Shown piece after piece: positions 24,219-36,413 of a stretch of DNA of 64,000 nt. The position numbers and the translations under genes are program-made. The stretch spans positions 13,688,795 through 13,752,794 of the forward strand of contig NC_092670.1 of the NCBI RefSeq assembly GCF_964355755.1, in the 5' to 3' direction. Under the pieces are notes generated by a model, which was not told where the DNA came from, searched no databases, and was given only the letters and a program-made list of their open reading frames with translations. Every line of letters starts with the position of its first letter. The stretch's first letter is position 1. This stretch comes from Antedon mediterranea. Its lineage: Eukaryota > Animalia > Echinodermata.

Positions 24219-25097
24219 TTTCTTTCAAAATGTTACCCTACACCGTTATTTGGATTCTATAATTTTGCTACGGAAAACGGCAATAAATAATAAGCTTTAG
24301 ATGATTATTCAAAATTAATAAATATAATAATAATAATAATAATGTTTATTAATTCCAAATAAGGGTTCGGTGTAAATATTGGTGATGTAATTACAGACGG
24401 CGATGATCAAGATGAAGCTGCAACAAACAAATCTATTTGAAACGTATTGTATTGTGATACTACAAGTTGGGTTTTCTAGGGAACCAATTTTAGATTAAAC
24501 CTCAGGTACAGGCATGAATTTTAAATATAATACTGGTTAATTGTACCTAAATCAAATATTTGTAACAAAAATCAAGACGAAAAAATACGAACTTCTATTA
24601 ATATAGTCAAATAAAAAATTTGGCAAAATGTTGCCATAAAAAACAGTTGACTTTTTTCAGTAGTTAGGTAGTTTAAACTAATGCAATAACATGTCTGGTG
24701 ACTCCCTAGAAGGTGAAAAATTGTGGATATACGGTGGATAATTTTTGCTATAGCAAGAAAATAAAAATGAAAAAAAATATCAGAAATGTAAAATTCAAAA
24801 AATATAACCTATTAGTCATCTGATAACATTTTTTACCACACCGTTTATTTTTCATAGCTTTTTAAAATGCCTCTCTATTTACAAAATGTGTGTACAAAAG
24901 AATAGATATTTTACTGTGTAATTTGAACTATCTGAGAAGAAAGTGCTTATTTATAACAAGCTCGTGTAATACAGATAAAATCCTCAAAATTTTGAAACAT
25001 AGGGGAAACTATAGATCGGTAGTTATTGGAATGTAGGCCTGTGATCAATTTTTTGCGCGGACCTGGCCTTTAAGATATTTATTCCTTGTAGTAATTT

Positions 25098-25354
25098 CAA
25101 CCATTCCTGCTTTGTACACCATAGCTTTTGGAGTCGTGCCTTTATAACTATGCCTTTTGTTTGTTAACATCTTTGATTGGTTGATTTGTTTTATTATGTA
25201 ATTTTGTGACTTATATATGTTATCCTTTGTTACAATTCTTTTCACCTGATGATGGGCTATGCCCGAAACATGTCGTTAAAATAAATCTATATTGAGGCAG
25301 TTTTAACTTATTTGATCTTGATTTTTTTATATATCCTGCCTATGCAGCTCTTTG

Positions 25355-25357
<3 letters not shown>
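25098..25357 (+). mobile_element. Solo pseudo-LTR of the Penelope element at 31509
   Basis: Nearly identical to 32339-32575 (offset 7241), followed by (TA)n. Confidence 0.88.
25239..25281 (+). ncRNA. Minimal type I hammerhead ribozyme
   Basis: ttttcac-CTGATGA-T-GGGC-tat-GCCC-GAA-ACATGT-C-gttaaaa: intact core, stem II, palindromic stem III, GUC site at 25274. Confidence 0.8.
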
Positions 25358-25432
<75 letters not shown>

Positions 25433-25436
25433 GAAA

Positions 25437-25508
25437 GCCCCAGTGGTCTAATGGTTAGGACATCTGCATATCAAGCAGGCGGTCCGAGTTCAAGTCTCGG
25501 TTGGGGCG
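25437..25508 (+). tRNA. tRNA-like gene/SINE head, anticodon loop ATATCAA (ATC; Asp/His-derived)
   Basis: 72-nt cloverleaf: GCCCCAG/TTGGGGC acceptor, A box TGGTCTAATGG, TCTGC/GCAGG anticodon stem, CCGAG-TTCAAGT-CTCGG T arm, TTTTT just downstream; between (TA)n tracts. Confidence 0.6.
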
Positions 25509-26371
25509 ACTTTTTCTCATTCTCACAGATTTCCTCATCTTTATCGTTTCAAATTAATTAATTAAATTGCAGTATATCGCCGGGCGGTTTAGAATTAATG
25601 TTCTTTGCCTGATTTGTTTATATATATAAATAAATTTATCTTTTGGTTACCTTTCTACAAATAAGTAAAGACAGAAAACAAGTATAATCGTCAGCCAAAT
25701 TAAAGTCCGTCATAATAAATGGTAAAAGTCAAGCAGATAGATGGGTCGAATAAAACACAAAACGACAGATAACCTTTTCTGATTTATAACAGGTCTTATT
25801 GAATTATATGCCAACTTTTAAGGCACGATGGAGATGTTTTAATCAATCTCTTATAGTAGTCTACTGTGTAATTGATTTTTTCTCTACGTCATATTGGACG
25901 TCAATAGATATTGCTAGTTCGTATTCAGAATGCTATGTGTGTTGCATTGCAGCCAATCATGTTCTATGACAAGTTGCAGACATATTAGCCACTTGTGAGA
26001 GCGTTGTCCCTACCTCATATTGAGATTAACTCATTGATGTATCCTCACTTAATGTATTAACTTCTAGTATGAACGCAAGAGCACTTCGTTATAAAGTGTA
26101 GTGTGGTACTTTAAAATGAACTCTCACCTGTAATCTAAAAACAACTTTTTGTTCATAAACATGGGGTGCAAGACTTCATCAATATCTCTATTTTTATTAT
26201 AAGTCTGGAGGTACGGTTTATTTAATTTGTCAATATTTCAAATATAAACTATGAAAAATGTAAGACATGGCTACACAATTACTTTAATAAATTTACTTAT
26301 TACAGCCAACATAGCAACATTTAATTCTACGACTTTTCCAGTTCCGCCTTTCTGCTTCTTTGCAATATAGG

Positions 26372-26687
26372 CAGTGTTTCCGCAGCTAACCTAAACTTAT
26401 CGGTCTTTTTTTAACCAATCAGGTATAAATTATTAGAAAAAATAAAAAGTGCGCATGAACAGTCATTACCCGAATAACCAGGTGCCCAATCACAACGCAA
26501 CAATTTGCCCTTCAGGTCAAGGTTAAAATGATCGCATTTATCCGATAATTATCCGATTTAAATGAGATAATTATCGGCTAATTTTTCTCGAATACAATCG
26601 GTTAAATCCCGTTTCCACAGGCAGTTTATTGGTTCTTATCGGTTAATTTTTATTGATTGATTATACTTTTTTTGGCTGCGGAAACAG
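26372..26687. mobile_element. MITE with TGTTTCCGCAGC inverted ends
   Basis: tgtttccgcagc...gctgcggaaaca. Confidence 0.55.
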
Positions 26688-29600
26688 TAATAAAAAGGGT
26701 TTTTTTTGCGCCACATCATGAATATTTCAGTCATTCATATGACAATTTCACGCTTTTTGGGACATTTATAAAGTCCACCAGTCGACGTTTTGATTTGTGT
26801 CCGGAATATTTCGTTTTTAAGTAATGAAATATGTGCTAGGACTATACAGGCTAGAACCTAAACTAAATATTTGATTTGAACGGCGTTGGATAAATTAACT
26901 ATGCAGAAATAAAATAATTGGCTATCAAATTGATAGATAATGTTGTATTCAGTTTCAATTCATTTAAAATCAGAATGGATTAAAGACATTTTTTAACTAT
27001 GCAACTATAAAAAAGGTACATTGGAATTCAAAAGATTGCTTGATTTAGGATATAATATTACCTGTATTTAGATGGCTAGATGTAATTAGAGACGGCAAAG
27101 CATTACAGAGATTATACATTGTTCATAATAGGTGTGCTGGCAGCTCGAACGAAAATCGTTTTAATCTTTTCGAAAAACATTTATTTTAATTCTAAAAGCT
27201 CTGGCATCTAAGCGGTGGGTGATGTGTCATTTGGTGATATTAAACGTGTCATTGACACCCTGAATTTCTATCAATACTTACTTTCTCTCCGTGAATGCCC
27301 TGTTTATGTTTTATACTTAAACTATCATTCCTAATTGGCTTACAAAACTCGTTTCTGTGAACGCTTGATACATAATAACATCACATTAATATTCGCACGT
27401 GACCAATATTTTATTATTTTGTCGGTGTTATAGATGTAGGCCTAAACGTACTTAGATTCCGTGATTTGTTTTGATAGATGGTTTTGTTGAAATGAAACAC
27501 AGAGATTGCTTTATATTATTGAATCTTTTCTAAACTGCCTGGATGCAATTATCGAGTTTTAAAGAGCCGTTGTGTGTGATTTGTGTTGCTAATGTAGCTA
27601 TAAATGTCAATCGTATACCCACAGCCATTAAACAAGTAAAGTTGTATTATTATACATTCAACTTCAAAAACAAACTTGTTTTGCCTGTTTATCATTGTAC
27701 CAGTTGACAACTGTTATAAAGTTATGTGAAGGTAAATCTTGCTTAATTGGAATAGTGTATTCATAAACCACCAAAAAGGAATAACAATCATTCCCATAAA
27801 AAAAAGAAAAAAAAAGAAAAAGAAAATTTTGTAAAACTTTATGACAATCGTTAACCAGTGAAAAATATTTAATTAATATTTCGGATTTAACGCCACAGAA
27901 GTTTTTGAGTTAAGTTAACTCATGACCCTCGATCTCTTCGGTCAGCATGTATACGAACGATTCCGAACAGCTGAATCTATGCACGCTTGAAACTACATTG
28001 TGTAAGTGTAAATGTAGATTAACTTATTTAATGCGATTCAATTTGGGCGTCATAATTTCATTACACTTAGATTATTTTACCATTAAATGTAAAAAATGTT
28101 GTAAAATATTGGAAAACGAAGCCACTGAAGCCGCGAAGGAGTTGTTACCAATAACTTTTCAAATTCATAGAAGAGTCTAAAATTTCACAACGTAAATGTG
28201 ATACATGCATTAATCAGGAGCTAACGAAGAATAAGCAGAATGCGTTACAATATTAGAATGTCTGTGATTCGTAAAAAAAATGAAATGTATCGATATTGTC
28301 AGCAGATATGGAGACTTTTCCAACTATTATTGTGTATACTTCTTTGAATTATCTGCTCCCGATATGTATTTTTAATTTCTATTATAAAAAAAAAGATCTA
28401 AAAACAGAGTTCAAGTAAAGGTAACACAGTTAAAAAACCGCTGTGACGTATATTTTTTTAATAATAGTTTGTGAACACTCTTTTTTTATGACTTGATGAA
28501 CTATGTCTTTATTGATCTTACTTTGGATAATTCGACGCATTCAATTTATAATAGATGTCGCTATTGATTAAGCTTGGCATACTTTCGCGTGAAGGGGGTG
28601 GGTGGGGGCTGATGTTTACGCGATAAAGGCGTTTACTTCATTTCTTTCAACTTTATTCACATCATACAAATAGTACAATATGTGAAAAGGAGCCAAAAAA
28701 TAGCTTTCGTTAATCGAGGTTTGACTCCTGTGTCAGGGGTGTCCCTTATTTTTTTAGTGTAGCCTAAGTGACATGGTAACATGTATAAGTGATAACATAA
28801 ACAAAAATTGTACAAACATGCTTGGTAAATTGTAATTTGTTGTTGCACATCTCTTGAGAATTGTGCCTCTGTTATAAAAGAGAAACAATAAAGTTATTAT
28901 TATAAAGTTATTAACTCATTTCAATCAATGAATTCTTCTACAAAAAAAGTGCGTTGTGATACTTATTATTGTGTATGGAGGAGCGTTTATTCGTAAAAAA
29001 TAAATTAACGCCCGCGGCGTTTAATCCATGTTTCTTCCAAATGATGTTCTATATGGGGAAGGAGGGTTTGTTAGAGAGAGGCGGGCCGTTTATTCGGATA
29101 AATAGGGTAATTAAAATGTTTCCGCATCTTATATATTTTTAAAACAAACGAAGAACAGATTTTGCTTGAAACTAGATTTAGTTTTCTTAGACGATAATTG
29201 GAATTGTGTACTGATAAATCGATTTGTTTATGCATGCATCAACTTCATGTTTAGACAATATTAATTAGATTCCCATACTAACTGATTAATTTGAAGAAAT
29301 AAGGCTTATTTATTTTATAAAACACATTTTTTTAGCAATTCTAAGCTAAGAAGATTTCTTGGATAAACATCTGCTGTATTTAAGTTTCATAGTCGGGCAG
29401 TTCTACGGTCAGTGAGAAGGCAATTTATAAGAGGTACATTTTGCATTTTCATTACGCATGTGTATATTTTTCAAGCCGTGTATAGAATAACAAATTGTTA
29501 AGTATATTGACCAGTTGTACGAATACTTACATGTAAATTATACGTATAACGTCGATGGATGGCCACAATCGATTATTGCGGAAAAGTAAACATAGAAATG

Positions 29601-30219
29601 AGAGTTGACAAATACTGTTGAGTTCACCTACAAGCAATACCGACGTGCTGTGTTAATCATTACGTTAGGTTAGCTTTGGAGTTGTGATGTTAAGACGCTC
29701 TTCTCGGTAACTTGGTAAGTACCTTGGACATTGTTCCTTGATATTTATTTATTCTTTATTTACGCGTGATTAGGCATGCCGGCGGTATTTATTTAAAACA
29801 TTTTTTTTTGTTGGCGTATATTTGATCATTGTTGATACAATTTGTTAATTGCACGAAGTATGCCGGAAGTCTAGGAATTTTTCTTATAATATTCTGGGAT
29901 TATCCCTTCACAGTACTATAAAATAAGAAGGTGAGTACATTATGGCATGGGATCAATATGTTTAATAGTATCGTTATTGTAGGCTACCTGTTGGATCAGC
30001 AGTACTATGCCACATCACTTTGATTCATTAATATCGTGGCGGTAGAGAGAGTCTCTCTAAACTCTAAATTCGCGGATGCATATGCTAACAAATATGAACT
30101 TGAAATACTTTGTTTTAAGTCAATTCTTAATCTGCTTAAGTCAGTTTTCAATATAGGCCTTATAAACAAAATTGCGTATGAATAATTCTATTCCAAACGT
30201 AGACTTGATTGATTGATAC

Positions 30220-30540
30220 ATCTAGCTCAGTATTATTTCATAAAAGTGTATTTATCAAGCAGAAGGTTCCTTGTTCGAGTCACGATTGAGGCTCTCACAG
30301 ATTATCTTATCTGTATCTAAATTAAGTGTCAATTCGAGTGGTTAGGGCAGGTGTGCCTCAAGCATAGCTATACACTCGACACGTCCAAGGCACTTGTGGT
30401 GGTAAATACGTCTTCTCGGATAAAGAATTATGGAGGTTCAGTATTCACATAGCTTGTGTGCACTTTAAAGGACAATGTACATCTTTCGGAAGAGTGGGGA
30501 TTACTGGTTCATACAGCCCTTGTCGTTGTGGACAGACGGA
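30220..30540 (+). mobile_element. Degenerate tRNA-headed Deu/Nin-domain SINE
   Basis: tagctcag and gttcgagtc boxes; core gtcttctcggataa...gtgtgcactttaaag...gtacatctttcg shared with 34440-34750. Confidence 0.65.
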
Positions 30541-30659
30541 TATGCCGTTTGATATTGTAATTAGGCCTATCGGTGTTTTATATTGTTGTTGCAGAAATAA
30601 CTATAACATGTAATTTGTTGCCTTTTAAATACATTTCTCAGTATCTAATGTTAACAAAT

Positions 30660-30780
<121 letters not shown>

Positions 30781-31140
30781 CCAAATTCCTTCACTTGCAC
30801 TGATGAAGGGCTAGTGTTGCCCGAAAGCTTTGCTAACTTTTCTGGCTGTTTACTTTATCGTTTTGATTTAGCTTTTCGCTTTTTATTTTTGTATCTCCAT
30901 TGAGATCCAGCCACTGATACCCACAGCATTGTCATTTTTTTCAGTAATTTGCCTTTGGATTTATATATATATATATATATATATGTGAAGGGCTAGTGTT
31001 GCCCGAAAGCTCTGCTAACTTTTCTGGCTGTTTACTTTATCGTTTTGATTTAGCTTTTCGCTTTTATTTTTGTATCTCCATTGAGATCCAGCCACTGATA
31101 CCCACAGCATTGTCATTTTTTTCAGTAATTTACCTTTGGA

Positions 31141-31143
<3 letters not shown>
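30781..31143 (+). mobile_element. Two tandem Penelope-like pseudo-LTR fragments (second family) separated by (TA)n
   Basis: 30804-30963 repeated at 30986-31143; ctgatgaagggc...gcccgaaag motif typical of PLE termini. Confidence 0.75.
30794..30837 (+). ncRNA. Minimal hammerhead ribozyme (second family)
   Basis: ttgca-CTGATGA-A-GGGC-tagtgtt-GCCC-GAA-AGCT-T-tgcta; copy at about 30986 has CTC site but lacks CTGA. Confidence 0.7.
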
Positions 31144-31208
<65 letters not shown>

Positions 31209-31236
31209 CAATGATGTTGCGTAGCACTGTGTAAAT

Positions 31237-31456
31237 TATATATAAATCATACTGTAAATTATAGAAACAGTGCTCATATTCGGAACATGATCTCATAATC
31301 GCGTCGAGCATAGCTCATTGGCGAAAGTTCCGTATTTTTTAGTTGCATACCTCTAGTCCAACTAAAAAATACGGAACTTTCGCCAATGAGCTATGCTCGA
31401 CGCGATTATGAGATCATGTTCCGAATATGAGCACTGTTTCTATAATTTACAGTATG

Positions 31457-31467
<11 letters not shown>
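31237..31467. repeat. Perfect inverted repeat, about 109-bp arms, 13-nt loop
   Basis: 31237-31345 is the reverse complement of 31359-31467. Confidence 0.95.
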
Positions 31468-31508
<41 letters not shown>

Positions 31509-31509
<1 letters not shown>

Positions 31510-32258
31510 TGATCGATTTTTTCAATGCACGCGAATATCCATCTGACATTACTGTTAAATCTCTAAGAAAAGTTTGCCAGTTAACGCACGAGGACACATT
31601 GCAACCTACACATAATACAAATGCTTGTGACCGCATACCTCTAGTCCTCACGTATCATCCTATGAATAAGAAGGTTATTAACATTGTTCGCGATAACTTT
31701 TCAATTTTGACTGAAGATAAATCCGCTACAAAAGATATTTTTCAAGAACTACCCATGATAGCTTACAGACGTGATCAAAGCATTAAAGACACTTTAGTTA
31801 AATCTAAATTACAAAACAAAGGTAATGAATCAATTGGAACATTCAAATGTAATAGAAATAGATGTTCGACATGTAATTACGTTTCATGTTCAAACCAAAT
31901 AGTAGGACCTTCTGGTAATTATGTGATCACAGATCGTATTACGTGCACCACTAGAAATCTAGTTTATTGTATTTCGTGTACTAAATGTAATATGCTTTAT
32001 ATTGGTGAAACTAAACGCAGGTTAGGTGATAGGTTTGTAGAACATTTAAGGTCTATTAAACTAAAGACTCCCGGATTACCTGTAGCCACCCATTTTTGTA
32101 ATAATGAGCATTCCCTTTCGGATATTACTATTTCTGGTGTTAAAGTATGTAATGGTTCTGAGACATCTCGTAGAATTATAGAAGAAAGAATAATTGTAAA
32201 GCTTGGCACTCTTGCCCCTACCGGCATAAATGTACAATTTAGATCCTTTAAACATTAA
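31509..32258 (+). CDS. Penelope RT thumb, Zn-finger linker and GIY-YIG endonuclease (C-terminal 249 aa)
   Basis: RIPLVLTYHP, PMIAYRR, CNRNRCSTC, NLVYCISCTKC.MLYIGETKRRLGDRFVEH, VATHF, LGTLAPTGIN. Confidence 0.93.
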
Positions 32259-32479
32259 TTTTGCCAGAGACATTCACATATTAACTATTATTTACACTTG
32301 AAGCTTTTGTCTTTGTTTTAAATTTCCTGCTTTATAAGCAACCATTCCTGCTTTGTACACCATAGCTTTTGGAGGCGTGCCTTTATAACTATGCCTTTTG
32401 TTTGTTAACATTTTTGATTGGTTGATTTGTTTTATTATGTAATTTTGTGACTTATATATGTTATCCTTTGTTACAATTC

Positions 32480-32522
32480 TTTTCACCTGATGATGGGCTA
32501 TGCCCGAAACATGTCGTTAAAA
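32480..32522 (+). ncRNA. Minimal type I hammerhead ribozyme in Penelope pLTR
   Basis: Identical to 25239-25281; GUC site at 32515. Confidence 0.8.
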
Positions 32523-32563
32523 TAAATCTATATTGAGGCAGTTTTAACTTATTTGATCTTGAT

Positions 32564-32605
<42 letters not shown>

Positions 32606-34439
32606 TTTGCCTTTGAACTACTCACCTATTCGTTTGAACTGCATGTCTGTTGAATGCCATTCTTGTCATTTGTGGCAATATATATTCTCAAATGAACATT
32701 TTATAGTTTAATGTTCAACAGAATAAAACGATCAGTGTACAATTACCTTTAAATATATTGCAGTTACAATTATGTATACGTCAGTCAAAGTCAACACGAA
32801 TGATATAAGTGTTTCAATACAGGTAGATAGTGTTATGTAATATTTTCACTGCAATTTCTAATCTTGGCATGCAAAAATACCTATACCTGTATATTAGTAA
32901 GAAAGAACCTTGGTGAACAATGTTCTATTATTCACAGACGGGAACGCGTTAAATTTAACCGTCTTCAAGGGTTGTCGGGTTCACTTCACATGAACTATTT
33001 TAAGGCCTACGGATAGTACTTCGGAATGTTTCGTAAGAACAATAAAAAAGAGGAATCTTCTTATGTACCTGATTCGAAATATGTAGGCCTATCAGTAAGT
33101 ATGATACCGCATACTCATCTGATTGATTGATTGATTGATTTTATTCGATATTCATACATAAAAAGTTAAAATATACAATGTATTAAAAGAATACCTGGAT
33201 AACCCATTAAGTCGACAAAAAAGTAAACTTATTTCCAATGGGGTCCAATCCGTAATGACTGAAAAGTGAGTGGTTGGGCCTAGTACAATTATCATTAAGT
33301 ATGACTCAGTAAAAATGAAAAAACAAGAAAATACATACAAGACAAGATAACATCAAAAAAACAATATTAAAAATAACTTAATTAAACTGAAATTCCAAGC
33401 TATTCATCTAACTTGCATGCTAGACGTTCAATAATCTCTTTACACTGCACCATCCAATGCAATCATATTAATTGAACCACATCGCATATTAAAACTCCGA
33501 GTTACGTGTACACACCGGTACGATAACTCCGAAGTTTAAAACACCGAAATTAAACTACCATCGGTCGAAAATGTATTTACACAATTGTTGTTATCATCGA
33601 GCGACATATTATAAGGGACGAATTTCAGCTTTTGTGTTGTAGGATTTAGTGGGGTTAGTCAATCCGAGGTTTCTATTCGATGTGAAGGGGTACTCAATGT
33701 GTCTCGCCAGGGTCTCTCTGGATCCGCTACTTGCATACTGGTGATCCAGACACGTAGTTTGTTCCTCCAGGAGTTAATTGACTTTTTTTAAGTGATAGAA
33801 TATTCTAGCTATTCCTCCTAAAATTTATCATAATTCCAAAAATTATACTTAGTATAAGACTACGTTTGATCGAACAAGCGCGTCGCGGGCATTTACCGTG
33901 TGTTCATAATCCAAGAATTTCGCGATCCAAATTAATTTACTATATACACGCCAGAACACAATCTACTTGCAAACATTTAGTTATATTTCAATTATTTATA
34001 TTTTATGTTGCCATGTGCTGACGTGACCTGGCATATCGTTTGTATTTTATGTTTCTATTTTTACCTTTTCAATTACTTACTCTAAACGTTTTAAAATATG
34101 TTTCTATGTTTAATAGTCTCCTAACATAGTCACATTTGAACTACAACCTGAATATGTACAGTATATCACTTCATTATAACAAACGGTGACAGTAGTTTCA
34201 GCTGAACATCCTTTTTCCCAGGGTCAACTTCCGTTTATGTGACTGTATTGTCCATTGGTTTAGATCCATTGTTGATTCAACAACCAGTTATACAACTTAC
34301 ACGTATACCTCTAAAACCGTTTTATTATGAGATGATTTTATTTGTGATTACGGTACTTTAAATTATACATGTAAGTATGCTTGTTTTTCATATTTTGTTA
34401 TTTTCTCCTTGGCAGCACCATCAATTTAAACCTGGGCAT

Positions 34440-34755
34440 CGAGTGAGTGAGTGGCCGAGCGGTTAAGATAGTGGAATCGTAATTACCTAGCCATAACATC
34501 GGCAGGTGTTCGAGGCTCACGCACTCCATGGTTCTGGTGGTAGAACGAGTCTTCTCGGATAAGGACTATAAACCGTAGGTCCAGTGTACACATCTAGCTC
34601 GTGTGCACTTTAAAGAACCTAGTACATCTTTCGAGACGAGTAGGGGGTTACCCCGGTGTATTAGTAGGCCTACATCACAGCCACTGATCACCAACTGGGC
34701 CCTCTGGGAGACCAGTCATTGACTGAAGAGGTTACCCAGTAGCCTATAAATATAT
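34440..34755 (+). mobile_element. tRNA-derived Deu/Nin-domain SINE
   Basis: A box tggccgagcggttaa, B box gttcgag, core tcggataaggactataaaccgtaggtcc...ttaaagaacc...gagtagggggttaccccggtgt. Confidence 0.75.
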
Positions 34756-35229
34756 ATTTCAATCATCGCCAATATCGATGGTACCAATCTCATTCTCTTA
34801 TCAAATTGGTCCAAATCGTCATCACTATCATTATCAGCAATATCATCATCAGCAGTGATTGCATAACTACCGTATCTATTTTACCATAATTACCGTTGCT
34901 CACTTTGCTCACAATTTGATGCTTACTTTCGAAAATTTCAGGGCACTTTAGAAATAAATGGAAATCAAACAATTCGGTAATTTGACCCTTGATATTATAA
35001 CACAATGCTAATTTTAGAATGAATTCTTTGTCGACATCTGCCAGATAGTACAAATAGAGTAAATCTGTGTATACGTCCTTGCGAAGTGTTTTGAAGTCCA
35101 TTGAATTGGTAATGAAACAAAAATAGGCTAGGCGTATTATTCCGGCAAAGCAACGGCACAATTGACATAGCTACACCAACAAAAATCAAAATGTGTTTGT
35201 TAAAAAAAATAAATAAATAAATGGTTGGT

Positions 35230-35430
35230 CATTTTCGCGAGATAATTTAACGCTATACTGCAGCTGTCGAAAATCAAAAGCCTCAGCTTATATACGCATA
35301 CGTATTCATGTTGCCATCTTCCAAATCTCTCTCTACGCATGCGTAAAAGCTGACGCTTTTGATCTGCGCGAACAAATTCGCCTAGTGGAAAATCGTCTCC
35401 AAAACGGTGTTCGCGGGCCGCTTAATATAG
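35230..35430. promoter_or_regulatory. CpG-rich promoter-like patch
   Basis: YY1-like gccatctt (35313), NRF1-like tacgcatgcgta (35334), tttcgcga/ttcgcgg motifs in AT-rich background. Confidence 0.35.
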
Positions 35431-36146
35431 AATATTTTAGCGATTACAATATTTAAGTGGAATTGTTAATTTGTTCACAGATGTTATGTACTGTTGCCGC
35501 TTTCACAATACACTATATACCATAGTTGTAATGTTTGTAACATGTTTAAGAACACTTACGCTGAATTTAAAATAAATGTAGAACCTGATAAGAACACTAA
35601 CTAAGACTTTACTAAAGAATTTACTTAGAATTAAGTGTCACAACTTTTCTAGATTTACCGAAATGACCCAAGCGTCAAAATGTTTATACTTGTGTAGTAT
35701 AATACGATAATTGTCTTGCTATAATAGTTGTGTTAGAAGTTATCACTCATCACCCATTTGGCTTACGCTGTTGTTTTCATTGAAACTCGAAACTACACTA
35801 TAATTTTATTAATATTTGATATTCTATTATCAGCTGTAAAATATGAGGAAACGAAAGTAATTAATATCAGCAAGAAAACAGTTGAACTTTGCTGGAGCCG
35901 GGTTAATTTGATTACCGCTCGTTAGCAATGAAATTATCGTCGAAACTTTCCTCCATTATAAGACATATGGCAATCATTGTAACAAGTTTGTTTAATACTA
36001 TTTTTAGATATTTTGTCAAAAATTAAAACTATAAACAGCCTTGAAATGCATATATCAAGTACAGAACGACTTCCTTAATTGTGGGAAGCCTCTCATTTGC
36101 TTAGTTTGGCATGGTTATCATGGAAATCCTTTAGTTCCTACTCCGT

Positions 36147-36413
36147 GAGGGTGTGTGGTGCAGTGTTGGACTACTGATCGTTTAAATGCGTTTGGAATTC
36201 AACTTTCGCTGCATTGCTTGTATCCTTAGGCAAGATACTTTACTTACGTTTGACTCTGTCCACCAAGGTGTATAATGGGTACCCAGTTACATCAAGACAC
36301 AACTTTGCACTGATTACTAATAAAAATTAACAAATTACTGGGGTAATAATGTTCAGCGCCTAGAGGTTTCATAACATTAGGCGCTATATAAATCCAGGAT
36401 ATTATTATTATTA
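36147..36413 (+). mobile_element. CORE-type tRNA SINE with L2-like tail
   Basis: gtatccttaggcaagatactttac...ccaccaaggtgtataatgggtacc core; agcgcctagag...ttaggcgctatataaat; (ATT)n tail. Confidence 0.75.

Larger units (their letters stand above)
31509..32575 (+). mobile_element. 5'-truncated Penelope-like element (Neptune-type) inserted in (TA)n
   Basis: RT C-terminus + Cys linker + GIY-YIG ORF, pseudo-LTR with hammerhead, (TA)n both sides. Confidence 0.92.

Noticed and set aside
25045-25245. Duplicated minus-strand MKRIVTKDNI ORF (also 32292-32486)
   Set aside because: Antisense reading of the Penelope pseudo-LTR.
29640-29940. Strong donors at about 29715 (TTG|GTAAGT) and 29931 (AAG|GTGAGT)
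   Set aside because: Could be UTR exons but no coding frame or linked gene could be built.
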